Position numbers and translations under genes: made by a program. The notes beneath the pieces are model-generated. The model was not told where the DNA came from. It saw only the letters and a program-made list of their open reading frames with translations, and searched no databases. Below, one piece after another: positions 1 to 12,375 of a DNA stretch of 64,000 nt (the first letter of the stretch is position 1; each line of letters starts with the position of its first letter). The stretch is from Candidatus Margulisiibacteriota bacterium (GTDB lineage: Bacteria; Margulisbacteria; Marinamargulisbacteria; JBFWNS01). The stretch lies in the NCBI GenBank assembly GCA_050250935.1, contig JBFWNS010000005.1, positions 43,523-107,522 on the forward strand, given 5' to 3'.

Positions 1-2
1 AA

Positions 3-802
<800 letters not shown>

Positions 803-806
<4 letters not shown>

Positions 807-2230
807 GCCGTCGTTTGCCCACCGAAAAAATCAAAAAAGTCCTGATTATTCGCCCCGATGCTTTGGGCGATATGGTATTGACCTTGCCCTGTGTGGCGGC
901 CATCAAAAAAGCCTATCCACAGTGGCACGTGGCGGTGTTGGCCTCGCCGTATAATGCGCGGATCATGTCCCATATGGATTGTTTTGACGAGGTTATTTTG
1001 GACAAATTTAGAACGGGAGAAGCCGAAGGAAAAGCTGGGTTTTGGCGCTATGTGCGCTGGCTTAAGACCCAGAATTTTGATTTGGCCATCCATTTTTATT
1101 CGGAAACACCAACGGTGTGGTTGTCGGTGTTTGCGGGGATACCCTATCACATTGGCGACAAGGCCAAATTGGGATTGTGGCCTATTTTTCGAAAATATGG
1201 GGCTTTTTTAAAGACCTTTGATCAGACCAAGCATGTGGTGGAGTACAATTTTCAGTTGTTGAAGGCCTTGGGAATTACCTTGGACCCCGAGCAAAAATTG
1301 AGTTTAACCGTCCCCCCAGGCCAAACCGAAAGGGCAAAAGACCTCCTAAACCAAGCGGGTCGTCGCTGGGACAAGCCCTTGGTGGGCATCCAAATTGGGG
1401 TTGGGTTTGGGAACCGTCCCATTGAACCCGAAAAATTCGCCGAATTTGTAAATGCCCTTCGCCGTCACCGAGACGTGGATGTGTGTGTCACCCCCTTTAC
1501 CGATAAAGAAAAGGCGTTTCGGGACCGGTTTGTGGCGGCGTGTCAGGGCCCGGTTTTAAACTTGGATGATACCAAAATCACCGAATTAATGGGTGTGATT
1601 TCTCTGTACAGCGTCTATGTTAGTGTGGATACAGGCCCCTTTCATATTGGGGCAGCGTTGGGGGTTCCGATGTTGGCCATCTTCCCTTCCCGCAAGGTCA
1701 AACCCACCCGTTGGGCACCTTGGCGAAACCGCCATTTAATGGTTCGCGAGAGCCGAACCTGTCCCTTGTTTTGTCCCCACGAAGGGTGTCCGCTAACCAT
1801 TTGTTCGGACGCCATTCGGGTCGAAGACATGGTGGCCAAGACCGAAATTTTGTTGGACGGTGGGGGTGTTGAATCGGCCAACGATCAGTTTGCTTATTGG
1901 TTCAAAGCCAGTATGACGGTTTTGGTTTTGGACGATGCAAAGACCGAAGCCCATGCCAAAGCCTATGCGGATCATTTAAATGCCCTGGGCATTGTGGCCC
2001 ATCGGACCTCGGTTTATACCCCAGAGCTCCCCGCCAAATTGCTGGAAGGGGATATCACCATCATCCATAATTTCAGTGGAAAGCGCCGCCTCTATTTGGC
2101 TTGGGAAGCCCGAAAAATTGCTTTGAAACTGTTTAATCCCCCATTGCTGATTCATACGGCTAAAAATCCCCTCCCCGAAGCCGAAACAATCGCGTATTAT
2201 AAGGATGCCTTTGAACACAAACGCTTTTAA
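803..2230 (+). CDS. GT9 (ADP-heptose:LPS heptosyltransferase-like) glycosyltransferase with a C-terminal extension
   Basis: N-terminal IIRPDALGDMVLTLP, VDTGPFHIGAALGVP and PTRWAPW motifs. ATGA overlap with cysS. Confidence 0.88.
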
Positions 2231-2239
2231 GGATGATCT

Positions 2240-2635
2240 ATGACCCCGATTCTAGTTCCTGTTGCCCCTGGCGAACTCATTGATAAATTGACCATTTTGG
2301 AACTCAAACTCAGCCATATGTCCGATCCGGTCAAAATCAAAAATGTTCAGTACGAATATGATGAATTGACCGCGGTATTGAACCAAGCTTGCCCAGAAAC
2401 CCCAGCTTTAAGCAGCCTGCGAACCCAGTTAAAGACCATTAATCAAACCCTTTGGGACATCGAAGACGACATTCGACTTTGCGAAAAAAACCAAGATTTT
2501 GGGCCCAAGTTTATCGAATTGGCCAGGGCTGTGTATCACACCAACGATCAGCGCGCTGCGGTTAAGCGCGAGATCAACCTTCTTTTAAAGTCGTCGATTT
2601 TAGAGGAAAAATCCTATCAGAACTACAGCGCCTAA
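2240..2635 (+). CDS. DUF6165-like conserved helical protein
   Basis: VPVAPGELIDKLTILELK and LWDIEDDIR...FIELARAVYHTNDQRAAVKREIN. AAGGA RBS upstream. Confidence 0.75.
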   Translation: MTPILVPVAPGELIDKLTILELKLSHMSDPVKIKNVQYEYDELTAVLNQACPETPALSSLRTQLKTINQTLWDIEDDIRLCEKNQDFGPKFIELARAVYHTNDQRAAVKREINLLLKSSILEEKSYQNYSA

Positions 2636-2645
2636 CCCCAAAACG

Positions 2646-3755
2646 GTGGTCTTGGTCAGTCCGGTCAGCCATATTGGTGGGGCCGAAAAGAACCTGGTTC
2701 TAACCTGTAAGCTTCTCGTTGCAGGTGGGTGGCGTCCCGTGGTGGTTTTGCCAGAAGGTGGCGAACTAACGGCCCAGCTTCAAGCCCTGCAAGTCACCTG
2801 TGTTCATTTAAAAGAAAGCTTGCTCAAAAGCGGGCAAATTTTTGTCGTTTTGTGGGCGGTGATGCAACTGTGGTGGAAGTTGCGGCGTTTTCATATTGAT
2901 GTGATTCATGCCAATTCTATCTTTTCTTTATATGTGCCCGTGTATTTGGGATTTATTTGGGGCAAAAAAGTCTGGGTCACCTGGGCGGATTTCGATGCCC
3001 GGGCTGGGGATGTGGCCTTGGTGAACGTGATGAAGCGGGTGGGCGTCTTTGCGGTTTCCCGAAGTACCCATCGGTTTTTATTGGACCATGGGATGAGGCC
3101 GGATGCGATTCAGCTTCTTTATAATGGAACCGAAAAGCCTCAGTACCTGGAAGATCCTGAAGCCGTCCGTCGGCGCTTGGGCCTTGGGGAAAACGATTGG
3201 TGTGTGGGCATAACGGGGAGAATCGATGGCTGGAAAGGTCATCGTACGGCTATTCTGGCGTTTTCAAAGCTCAGTTTTCCCAACCGCAAACTCATCATTA
3301 TGGGCAGTTATCATCTGATTAAAGATCCAGGTTTGAAAGCCGATCTCGAATCCTTGATTACCGAACTGAATCTGACCAATCGGGTGGTGTTTACCGGCTA
3401 TTTGCAGGACCCGGCTTCTGTGGTGAACACGTTGGATGTGGTGATCTGTCCTTCCGACTACGAACCGTTTGGATTGGTGGCCATCGAAGCCATGGCCTTG
3501 GCCAAACCCGTTGTGGCCAGCGATGTGGGCGGCTTATCCGAAATTGTGCTGGATGGGGAGACTGGTTTTTTAGTCCCCCCAAAAAATTCGGATGCACTGG
3601 CGGAAAAACTGGCGCTTTTGGCCGACAATGCTTTGGCAAAAACCATGGGGAAAAAAGGCCAAATTCGGTTCGAACAGTGCTTTACAACCGATGTTTTTTG
3701 GGCAGCCTACGGGACATTTTTGGCGAAATCGACATCCCCCAAAAATAGTGTTTGA
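2646..3755 (+). CDS. GT4 glycosyltransferase
   Basis: GGAEK and EPFGLVAIEAMALAKPVVASDVGG motifs. GTG start is uncertain. Confidence 0.9.
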   Translation: MVLVSPVSHIGGAEKNLVLTCKLLVAGGWRPVVVLPEGGELTAQLQALQVTCVHLKESLLKSGQIFVVLWAVMQLWWKLRRFHIDVIHANSIFSLYVPVYLGFIWGKKVWVTWADFDARAGDVALVNVMKRVGVFAVSRSTHRFLLDHGMRPDAIQLLYNGTEKPQYLEDPEAVRRRLGLGENDWCVGITGRIDGWKGHRTAILAFSKLSFPNRKLIIMGSYHLIKDPGLKADLESLITELNLTNRVVFTGYLQDPASVVNTLDVVICPSDYEPFGLVAIEAMALAKPVVASDVGGLSEIVLDGETGFLVPPKNSDALAEKLALLADNALAKTMGKKGQIRFEQCFTTDVFWAAYGTFLAKSTSPKNSV

Positions 3756-3780
3756 CAATCGCGATGTGTTCCAGTATAGT
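3752..3780 (+). promoter_or_regulatory. sigma70 promoter of the 23S-5S unit
   Basis: TTGACA (3752-3757), 17 bp spacer, TATAGT (3775-3780). Confidence 0.85.
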
Positions 3781-3787
3781 TACACGC

Positions 3788-3827
3788 CTGCACGAAATTC
3801 CGAGTTGAGTGCAGTTGATCTTTGAAA
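3788..3827 (+). promoter_or_regulatory. rrn antitermination leader: boxB-like hairpin and boxA
   Basis: CTGCAC/GTGCAG stem (3788-3814) followed by TGATCTTTGAAA (3816-3827), which resembles the boxA consensus TGCTCTTTAACA. Confidence 0.75.
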
Positions 3828-3862
3828 ACTGAATGATAAATGAATAATGCCTCATAAGCCGT

Positions 3863-6848
<2,986 letters not shown>

Positions 6849-6942
6849 CTACGGCTTATGACGCATCGTTCATCTTTATCATTCATCTTCAAGATGATAT
6901 GCTTTCTCTGTTTTTACAGATAAAGTGTTGAAATCGTTATTC

Positions 6943-7062
6943 TTCTTGGTCACTATAGCGGAGGGGGTACACCTGTTCCCATACCGAACACAGAAGTTAA
7001 GTCCTCCAGCGCCTATGGTACTTACGGGTTACCCTGTTGGGAGAGTTGGTCGTGGCCAAGAA
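6943..7062 (+). rRNA. rrf: 5S rRNA
   Basis: Terminal helix TTCTTGGTC/GGCCAAGAA and CACCTGTTCCCATACCGAACACAGAAGTTAAG. About 120 nt. Confidence 0.97.
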
Positions 7063-7098
7063 CAATACCGATTTCAGTTTTTTTAATAGTCTTTCACG

Positions 7099-7121
7099 AA
7101 CACCTTTAGCGAGGTGTTTTT
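7099..7121 (+). terminator. intrinsic terminator after 5S
   Basis: AACACCT-ttagcg-AGGTGTT followed by a T run, between the convergent rrf and alr. Confidence 0.75.
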
Positions 7122-7165
7122 GTGTTTATATTCTAAGGGGCTTTTCCCTGTTGATTGGGTTTAAG

Positions 7166-8230
7166 TTAAACCCAGTTTTTTTGTGTGCCGGGTTTATCGA
7201 TCGCGCAAAGCAATTCGTAGCGACTTAAGCCCGTTTGTTGGCTGACTTCGTCGAGGCTAATGCTGGCCTGTTGGTCTTTTCCCCAAAGAATGGCGGTGTC
7301 GCCCCGCGCAATTTTGAGGGGATTTTGCCCCAGGTTGACCATAAACATGTCCATACAAATGCGGCCCACGATGGGGTAGCGGGTGTCTCGAATCAAGACC
7401 TGTCCCCCTGGGGAAAGGGTTTGGGGCAGCCCGTCTGCATAGCCGCAGCCGATGGTGGCGATGGTGACGGGTTCGTTTGTTACAAATTGTTTGCGATAGC
7501 TGATGGGCGTCCCAGATGCCACTTCTTTGAGATGGATAATCGGGGCAGACAGTTGGGTAGTGCCATTGGCATAGGCAAAAATGCCGATTCGAACCATGTC
7601 GAAATGGGTTTCGGCGAGATTTAGCGTGGCATCGGAATTCGCGGCATGGACCAAGGGTCGAATCCCGAAATGGGTTTGGATGGCGGTTAGGGTTTGATTA
7701 AAACGGTCCAATTGATTGCGCCAATGCCCGTCTTCGGGTTCGTCGGCGTTGGAAAAGTGGGTCATGATGCCTGCGAGTTTCAGGTTGGGTTTGGATAAAA
7801 TCTGGGCGGTCAGGGCCAGGGCGTCGTCGGGACTGCAGCCAATGCGTCCCATGCCGGTGTCGATTTTAAGGTGGACCTCGATGGGGCCAGGATGGTGGGA
7901 TAGGGCTTCGATAAAGCTTGGGGTATAGACCACTTGGGCCAGGTGATGGGCAGACAGTGCAGCACCGGTGTCGGCAATGGGTTCGGACAGAATTAAAATG
8001 GGGGCGGTAAGGCCGGCTTCTCGCAGCACCATGGCTTCCCCGAGGTTGGCCACGGCCAACTGGGCACATCCAAAATCCAAAGCGGCTGTGGCCATGGGCA
8101 CACTGCCCAACCCATAGGCGTTTGCTTTCACCACGGCCATCATGGCGGTGGTTGGGGGAATTTTGTGTCGAATTAAGGCCAAGTTGGCTTTGTATTGGGC
8201 CAAATCGATGGCCAGATGGCAATGTCTCAT
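7166..8230 (-). CDS. alr: alanine racemase
   Basis: AVVKANAYGLG (PLP lysine), HLKIDTGMGRIG, MTHFSNAD, GYADG and VGRICMD. Confidence 0.96.
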   Translation of the reverse strand: MRHCHLAIDLAQYKANLALIRHKIPPTTAMMAVVKANAYGLGSVPMATAALDFGCAQLAVANLGEAMVLREAGLTAPILILSEPIADTGAALSAHHLAQVVYTPSFIEALSHHPGPIEVHLKIDTGMGRIGCSPDDALALTAQILSKPNLKLAGIMTHFSNADEPEDGHWRNQLDRFNQTLTAIQTHFGIRPLVHAANSDATLNLAETHFDMVRIGIFAYANGTTQLSAPIIHLKEVASGTPISYRKQFVTNEPVTIATIGCGYADGLPQTLSPGGQVLIRDTRYPIVGRICMDMFMVNLGQNPLKIARGDTAILWGKDQQASISLDEVSQQTGLSRYELLCAIDKPGTQKNWV

Positions 8231-8254
8231 GCCACCAGTGTAAGGGGAAACGCC

Positions 8255-8283
8255 TTGCCTGGGAAGGTATCGTTTGCTATAGT
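8255..8283 (+). promoter_or_regulatory. sigma70 promoter of the orphan gene
   Basis: TTGCCT, 17 bp spacer, TATAGT with an extended TG. AAGGA RBS at 8314-8318. Confidence 0.65.
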
Positions 8284-8325
8284 AAACATTGCTCTCAAAA
8301 TTTATTTCTTTTTAAGGATTTGGTT

Positions 8326-9459
8326 ATGGCGGCTGCGGCTGTTGCTCCTGTTGGGGCTTTACCTTTAGTTCCTGGTGTTCCTGCTGCTGCACCTGCTGGT
8401 GTTGGTGGAAATTTAAGGGCTCAAATTGTAGCCGGTTTGCAGGGGATTCAGGGAGCTTTAGCTAACGGCCCAGTTGCGGCTGAGCAAGCAGCAAGGGCTT
8501 TTTTGGCCCGGCCAGACCTTAATTTTGGACCTGTGGTAAACCCCTTTGTTGCGGCACACCGAATGCCGGCGCCTGTGATTGCCCCCAATGGGGCTGTGGC
8601 GGTTCCGTCCTTTGTTTTGCCAGGCCTTCCAACTGGTGGATCCGAGTCGGGTATCCCCATTTTGCACGAGTTGTTGCGCGCTGACCAATACCAAAATCTT
8701 GTTCCGGTGTTTTTGCGTTTATTAGGTGCACAGGATGCCCCTGAAGAGGCGCAGCAGTTGGTTTTGTATGATTCGCTTTATGGTCAATCAGAGTTGCTGA
8801 AGTCTTCCAGAGTTCTGGATGATGAGGCACTTGCTGCCCTTTCAACGAAGGTACGCAAACAACAAGAAAACAATGCTTCGCTCCGTGAGATGTTGGTTAG
8901 TTTTGCTAAGCGTTCAGAACTTCGACGAGATGAAGCAAGTGCTGCAGTCGCTCTAGCTCGTCAAAGGGCTGTCCATCTAGAAGAACTGGGGAGACGTGTG
9001 GATGCGTTGGCTGGTGAAGTTCGCGGTCGTTCAAATTCGGATCCTGTTTCTCCGTTACGGCCTTTAGCTGGAGATCCCCGATACTTTGCGGCCCCAGGCG
9101 TATCTCCTAGGGGAGAAAGGTCAAATTCCAGAGCTTCTGCGTCTTCTTCCGATTCTGCGGGTTCTCGTTCGGTGAGTCCTTCAAGCGTTGCTCTAGATGC
9201 CATAGGTACAGGTAGTCCAACGGTTGCAAGGGCTGCTGCTTTGGCAGTACGTTCTCCGCATGAAGTAAGGGATGGTGCAACCCCACGTAGGGCCTTTGGG
9301 GCGTCAGCTAGGCAACAGACGGGGTTTGCTTCTGCGCCGGTGTCTCCTGCCAAGCCACTAGCCTGTCAACTCGTCCCTGGTGACGAGAATGCGCTTCCGA
9401 TGAGGGATGTCACTGGTAGTGGGTTTGGCCCTTACACCCCAGTTGTGCCGCCTACTTAA
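8326..9459 (+). CDS. hypothetical Ala/Pro/Ser-rich protein with a central coiled coil (377 aa)
   Basis: ATG at 8326 follows an RBS and promoter. The ORF fills the alr-ftsI gap. No family motif recognised. Confidence 0.75.
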   Translation: MAAAAVAPVGALPLVPGVPAAAPAGVGGNLRAQIVAGLQGIQGALANGPVAAEQAARAFLARPDLNFGPVVNPFVAAHRMPAPVIAPNGAVAVPSFVLPGLPTGGSESGIPILHELLRADQYQNLVPVFLRLLGAQDAPEEAQQLVLYDSLYGQSELLKSSRVLDDEALAALSTKVRKQQENNASLREMLVSFAKRSELRRDEASAAVALARQRAVHLEELGRRVDALAGEVRGRSNSDPVSPLRPLAGDPRYFAAPGVSPRGERSNSRASASSSDSAGSRSVSPSSVALDAIGTGSPTVARAAALAVRSPHEVRDGATPRRAFGASARQQTGFASAPVSPAKPLACQLVPGDENALPMRDVTGSGFGPYTPVVPPT

Positions 9460-9475
9460 TTTTTAAGGCTGGCGT

Positions 9476-11200
9476 TTAGTTTTTTAGGCTTAGCACTTCC
9501 TCTGGCCGATCGGGTTTGAGGTCGTAGTGGTCTATTAGGCTTAGGGCGATGTTTTTGAAAATGGGACAGGCTACGGTGGAGCCCCAAATGCTTTTTTGGG
9601 GTGAATCAGTCACCACCAATACAATGAATCGGGGATTATTGGCTGGGAAGAAGCCCAAAAATGACGCCACATATTTGCCGGGTTCATAGCCTACACCGCC
9701 CCGACGTACTTTTTGGGCTGTTCCGGTTTTGCCGGCAATTGAAAAGCCAGGGATCTTGGTGCTGGTGGCGGTGCCTTTGTCTACGACACCGATCATCATT
9801 TGCGTCATGTCTGCGGCGGTTTTTTCCGAGATAATGTCTCGGCGCTCGACTTTTTCTGGGGCCCGAAGCAAGTGGTGGGTGTTGTCGGTTAAATGGTCGA
9901 TAATTTTGGGTTTAACCCAGGTTCCTTTGTTGGCAATCACATTGCCGGCTGCAATAATCTGCAAAGGCGTCACCGCAATGCCGTGTCCAAACGAAATCAT
10001 GGCAATGTCGGGTACGCTCCACTGCTCTGGATGTCGGACCAGGCCAGCCGATTCGGCAGGCAATTCGATGCCGGTTTTTTGGCCAAATCCAAATTTTAAA
10101 ATATAGGGAAAAAACCGCTTTTCGCCCATTTTAATGGCCCACAACGAGGTCCCAACGTTGAGGGATTCTTTTAAGATTTCGGCTATGGATCGAACCCCTT
10201 CGGACCCGGCGTGGGCTTCGTGGATGGTTCGGGTTCCGATTTCCAAGGTGGCTGGAACATAGATTGCAGAGTCTGGGCGACCAATCTTTTCTTCCAAAAC
10301 CCCTGCCAAGGTGATGATTTTAAACACAGAGCCCGGTTCATAGACATCCACCACATTGGCGTTTCTTCTGGCCCGTTCGGTGCTGTCGGCCAGATGGTTG
10401 GGATCAAATTCGGGGTAAGAGGCCATGGCCAGGATATCCCCGGTTTTACAGTCCATGACAATGGCTTGGCCGCTTTCGGCCAGGTTTTCTTCGATCCCTT
10501 CTCGCAGGAATTTTTGGGTGACATATTGGGTATAGCTGTCCAGGGTGGTGACGACGTGTTTGCCGTCATAAGACGGGTCTACTTCCCGGGTTCCCGATAC
10601 AATCCGAAACCCTCGGGGGTCTCCTTCTAGGATAATTTTTCCGGGAGAGCCTTTCAGGTCCGAATCGCAGGCATATTCCAATCCCCCCAACCCTTGGTTG
10701 TCGATGCCCACAAAGCCCAACACCTGGGCGGCCATGGGACCGTTGGGATAGATGCGTTTTTCCTCTTCAATAAAATCCAATCCTTCGATATTCAGGGCTT
10801 TGAGTTTTTGATAGGTGTCTTTGTCCAGTTTGCGTTTGATCCAAATAAAGGCCAAATTGGGTTCAATGCGCCGATAGACCTGGTCGTAGGACATGCCCAA
10901 CAGTTCGGATACTTGGGCGGCAAAGGCCGCTTTATTTGGGATGGCGGTGGGAATGGCAAAGGCTGAATAGCTGGCTTTGGTAATGGCCAAAGGAACCCCA
11001 TTTCGGTCGAAAATGGTGCCGCGGTGGGGATAGAGCCGAATGACTTTTTTAAGTTGGTCTTCGGATTTTTCTTTGTAAAAATCGTATTTGACCACCTGTA
11101 GATATACCAAACGGCCCAACAAAATGGCGATGAACCCATGAAAGGCAATGGCGTAGATGATAAAGCGTTTAGTGTTGCTGTGGAGCGGGTTCATTGACAT
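9476..11200 (-). CDS. ftsI: class B penicillin-binding protein (FtsI/PBP3-like)
   Basis: N-terminal TM helix, RGTIFDRNG, YEPGSVFK (SxxK), SLN and KTGTAQ. Lies downstream of an ftsL-like gene. Confidence 0.88.
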   Translation of the reverse strand: MSMNPLHSNTKRFIIYAIAFHGFIAILLGRLVYLQVVKYDFYKEKSEDQLKKVIRLYPHRGTIFDRNGVPLAITKASYSAFAIPTAIPNKAAFAAQVSELLGMSYDQVYRRIEPNLAFIWIKRKLDKDTYQKLKALNIEGLDFIEEEKRIYPNGPMAAQVLGFVGIDNQGLGGLEYACDSDLKGSPGKIILEGDPRGFRIVSGTREVDPSYDGKHVVTTLDSYTQYVTQKFLREGIEENLAESGQAIVMDCKTGDILAMASYPEFDPNHLADSTERARRNANVVDVYEPGSVFKIITLAGVLEEKIGRPDSAIYVPATLEIGTRTIHEAHAGSEGVRSIAEILKESLNVGTSLWAIKMGEKRFFPYILKFGFGQKTGIELPAESAGLVRHPEQWSVPDIAMISFGHGIAVTPLQIIAAGNVIANKGTWVKPKIIDHLTDNTHHLLRAPEKVERRDIISEKTAADMTQMMIGVVDKGTATSTKIPGFSIAGKTGTAQKVRRGGVGYEPGKYVASFLGFFPANNPRFIVLVVTDSPQKSIWGSTVACPIFKNIALSLIDHYDLKPDRPEEVLSLKN

Positions 11201-11459
11201 GGATGTAGCGAATTTCTTTGTTGGGGATTAACCCCAAGGACAAGGCTTTTTTTTCGATGTCGGGCAAATCTTGTCTGGCCAAAACTTCCAGTTGAAGATC
11301 TCGGTTGTCGTGTTCCAGGGTTCTGAGCTGGCCGGTTAGCCGTTGGAGTTCGTCGTTTAAAGTCGCTGTTTTAATCGTTAAAACAATGCTGAGCGTGGCC
11401 ATGATTGCCAAGGCCACAAAGAGGAAAACATAGCGACGTACACGACACCGTTTCGACAT
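11169..11459 (-). CDS. ftsL: cell division protein FtsL-like
   Basis: Basic N-terminus, one TM helix, coiled coil and IEKKALSLGL tail. Directly upstream of ftsI. Confidence 0.75.
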   Translation of the reverse strand: MSKRCRVRRYVFLFVALAIMATLSIVLTIKTATLNDELQRLTGQLRTLEHDNRDLQLEVLARQDLPDIEKKALSLGLIPNKEIRYIHVNEPAPQQH

Positions 11460-11467
11460 GGACTAGG

Positions 11468-11476
11468 ATTGTATCA
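11468..11476 (-). promoter_or_regulatory. extended -10 element 8 nt before the ftsL ATG
   Basis: The minus strand reads TGA-TACAAT-cctagtcc-ATG. Confidence 0.6.
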
Positions 11477-11502
11477 CAAAATACTGGGGTTAAAACCTGT
11501 TC

Positions 11503-12240
11503 TTAGACCTTTTGGGACCAGCTTGGGTCGCCATATTTGTCTTGGGCCAGACGTAGGGTTTGGGCCAGATAGGGGGCGATGTCGAAAATCGAATGGGCTT
11601 GCCATGTTTTAGTCAGTTTCACTTTTAAGGTTGCTGCATCCAATGGCAGGTTGATTAAAAAATCCGCGTGGCTGCGTTGGTTGCGATAGTCGGGTTGTAT
11701 TTTGGGCAGGGTCAGATAACGGCTGATGGCCCCCAAATCGGCTTTTAATAGGAAAGACCCATGAAAGAGGGTTCCTGTTCGGCCTCGTTTTTGGGCATTG
11801 CCGCAACATTTAAGGAGTGTCCCTGTGGGCGACAGTAAGGCCAGATCGCTGGTGCCTTGAAGGCTGCAGGTCTGGGTTCCCAATAGGGTGTTGATGAGGT
11901 CGCGGTGGCGGGTCATGACGTGGTGGGTGGTTTTGGAGATGCTATTGGTGTCGGGGTGGTCAGCAGGAAAAAACAAGCTGAAATTCAGCATGCCTTTGGC
12001 CTGAAGCACGGTGCCCCCACCGCTGATGCGCCGCAAAATGGGAACACCATCGGCCAGGCATCGGTCCGGATGGCATTCTTCGGCGTAAGATTTTCCATAG
12101 CCCAACACCACCCCTGTTTCTGGGGGTTCCCAGGTCCAAAGTAGGGGATCAGCGCCTGGATAAATCGCAGTTTCCAAGATAATGTCGTCGAAAGCGAGAT
12201 TTTCTGCCAGTTTTGAAAAGCTAAAATCCCTATACTTCAT
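11503..12240 (-). CDS. lipoate-protein ligase A family (BPL/LplA catalytic domain only)
   Basis: ENLAFDD, RRISGGGTV, KCCGNAQKR and HGSFL. Divergent from the PDH operon. Confidence 0.88.
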   Translation of the reverse strand: MKYRDFSFSKLAENLAFDDIILETAIYPGADPLLWTWEPPETGVVLGYGKSYAEECHPDRCLADGVPILRRISGGGTVLQAKGMLNFSLFFPADHPDTNSISKTTHHVMTRHRDLINTLLGTQTCSLQGTSDLALLSPTGTLLKCCGNAQKRGRTGTLFHGSFLLKADLGAISRYLTLPKIQPDYRNQRSHADFLINLPLDAATLKVKLTKTWQAHSIFDIAPYLAQTLRLAQDKYGDPSWSQKV

Positions 12241-12375
12241 AAAAAAATCGCATTTTTTGCTTAAACTTCTCTTTCATTTTAAGGGCTATTTTGATAGACT
12301 AATGCAGTTTTCGCGTTTTTTGGTGTTTCAAAATCATAGAAAATTTGCTTTTTTTGCACAAGGAGACCTTTTGAC

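Noticed and set aside
6849..6942. tRNA in the 23S-5S spacer or in the leader
   Set aside because: No cloverleaf or TTCGA arm. The spacer is largely the 3' arm of the processing stem.
7166..7210. Alr C-terminus lacks the usual RVPR-like ending and has an A7 run
   Set aside because: The alternative frame I checked does not restore the motif, the length is normal and the catalytic motifs are intact.
8122..8325. Upstream extension of the orphan ORF in the ORF track
   Set aside because: It overlaps alr and the promoter. The RBS supports ATG 8326.
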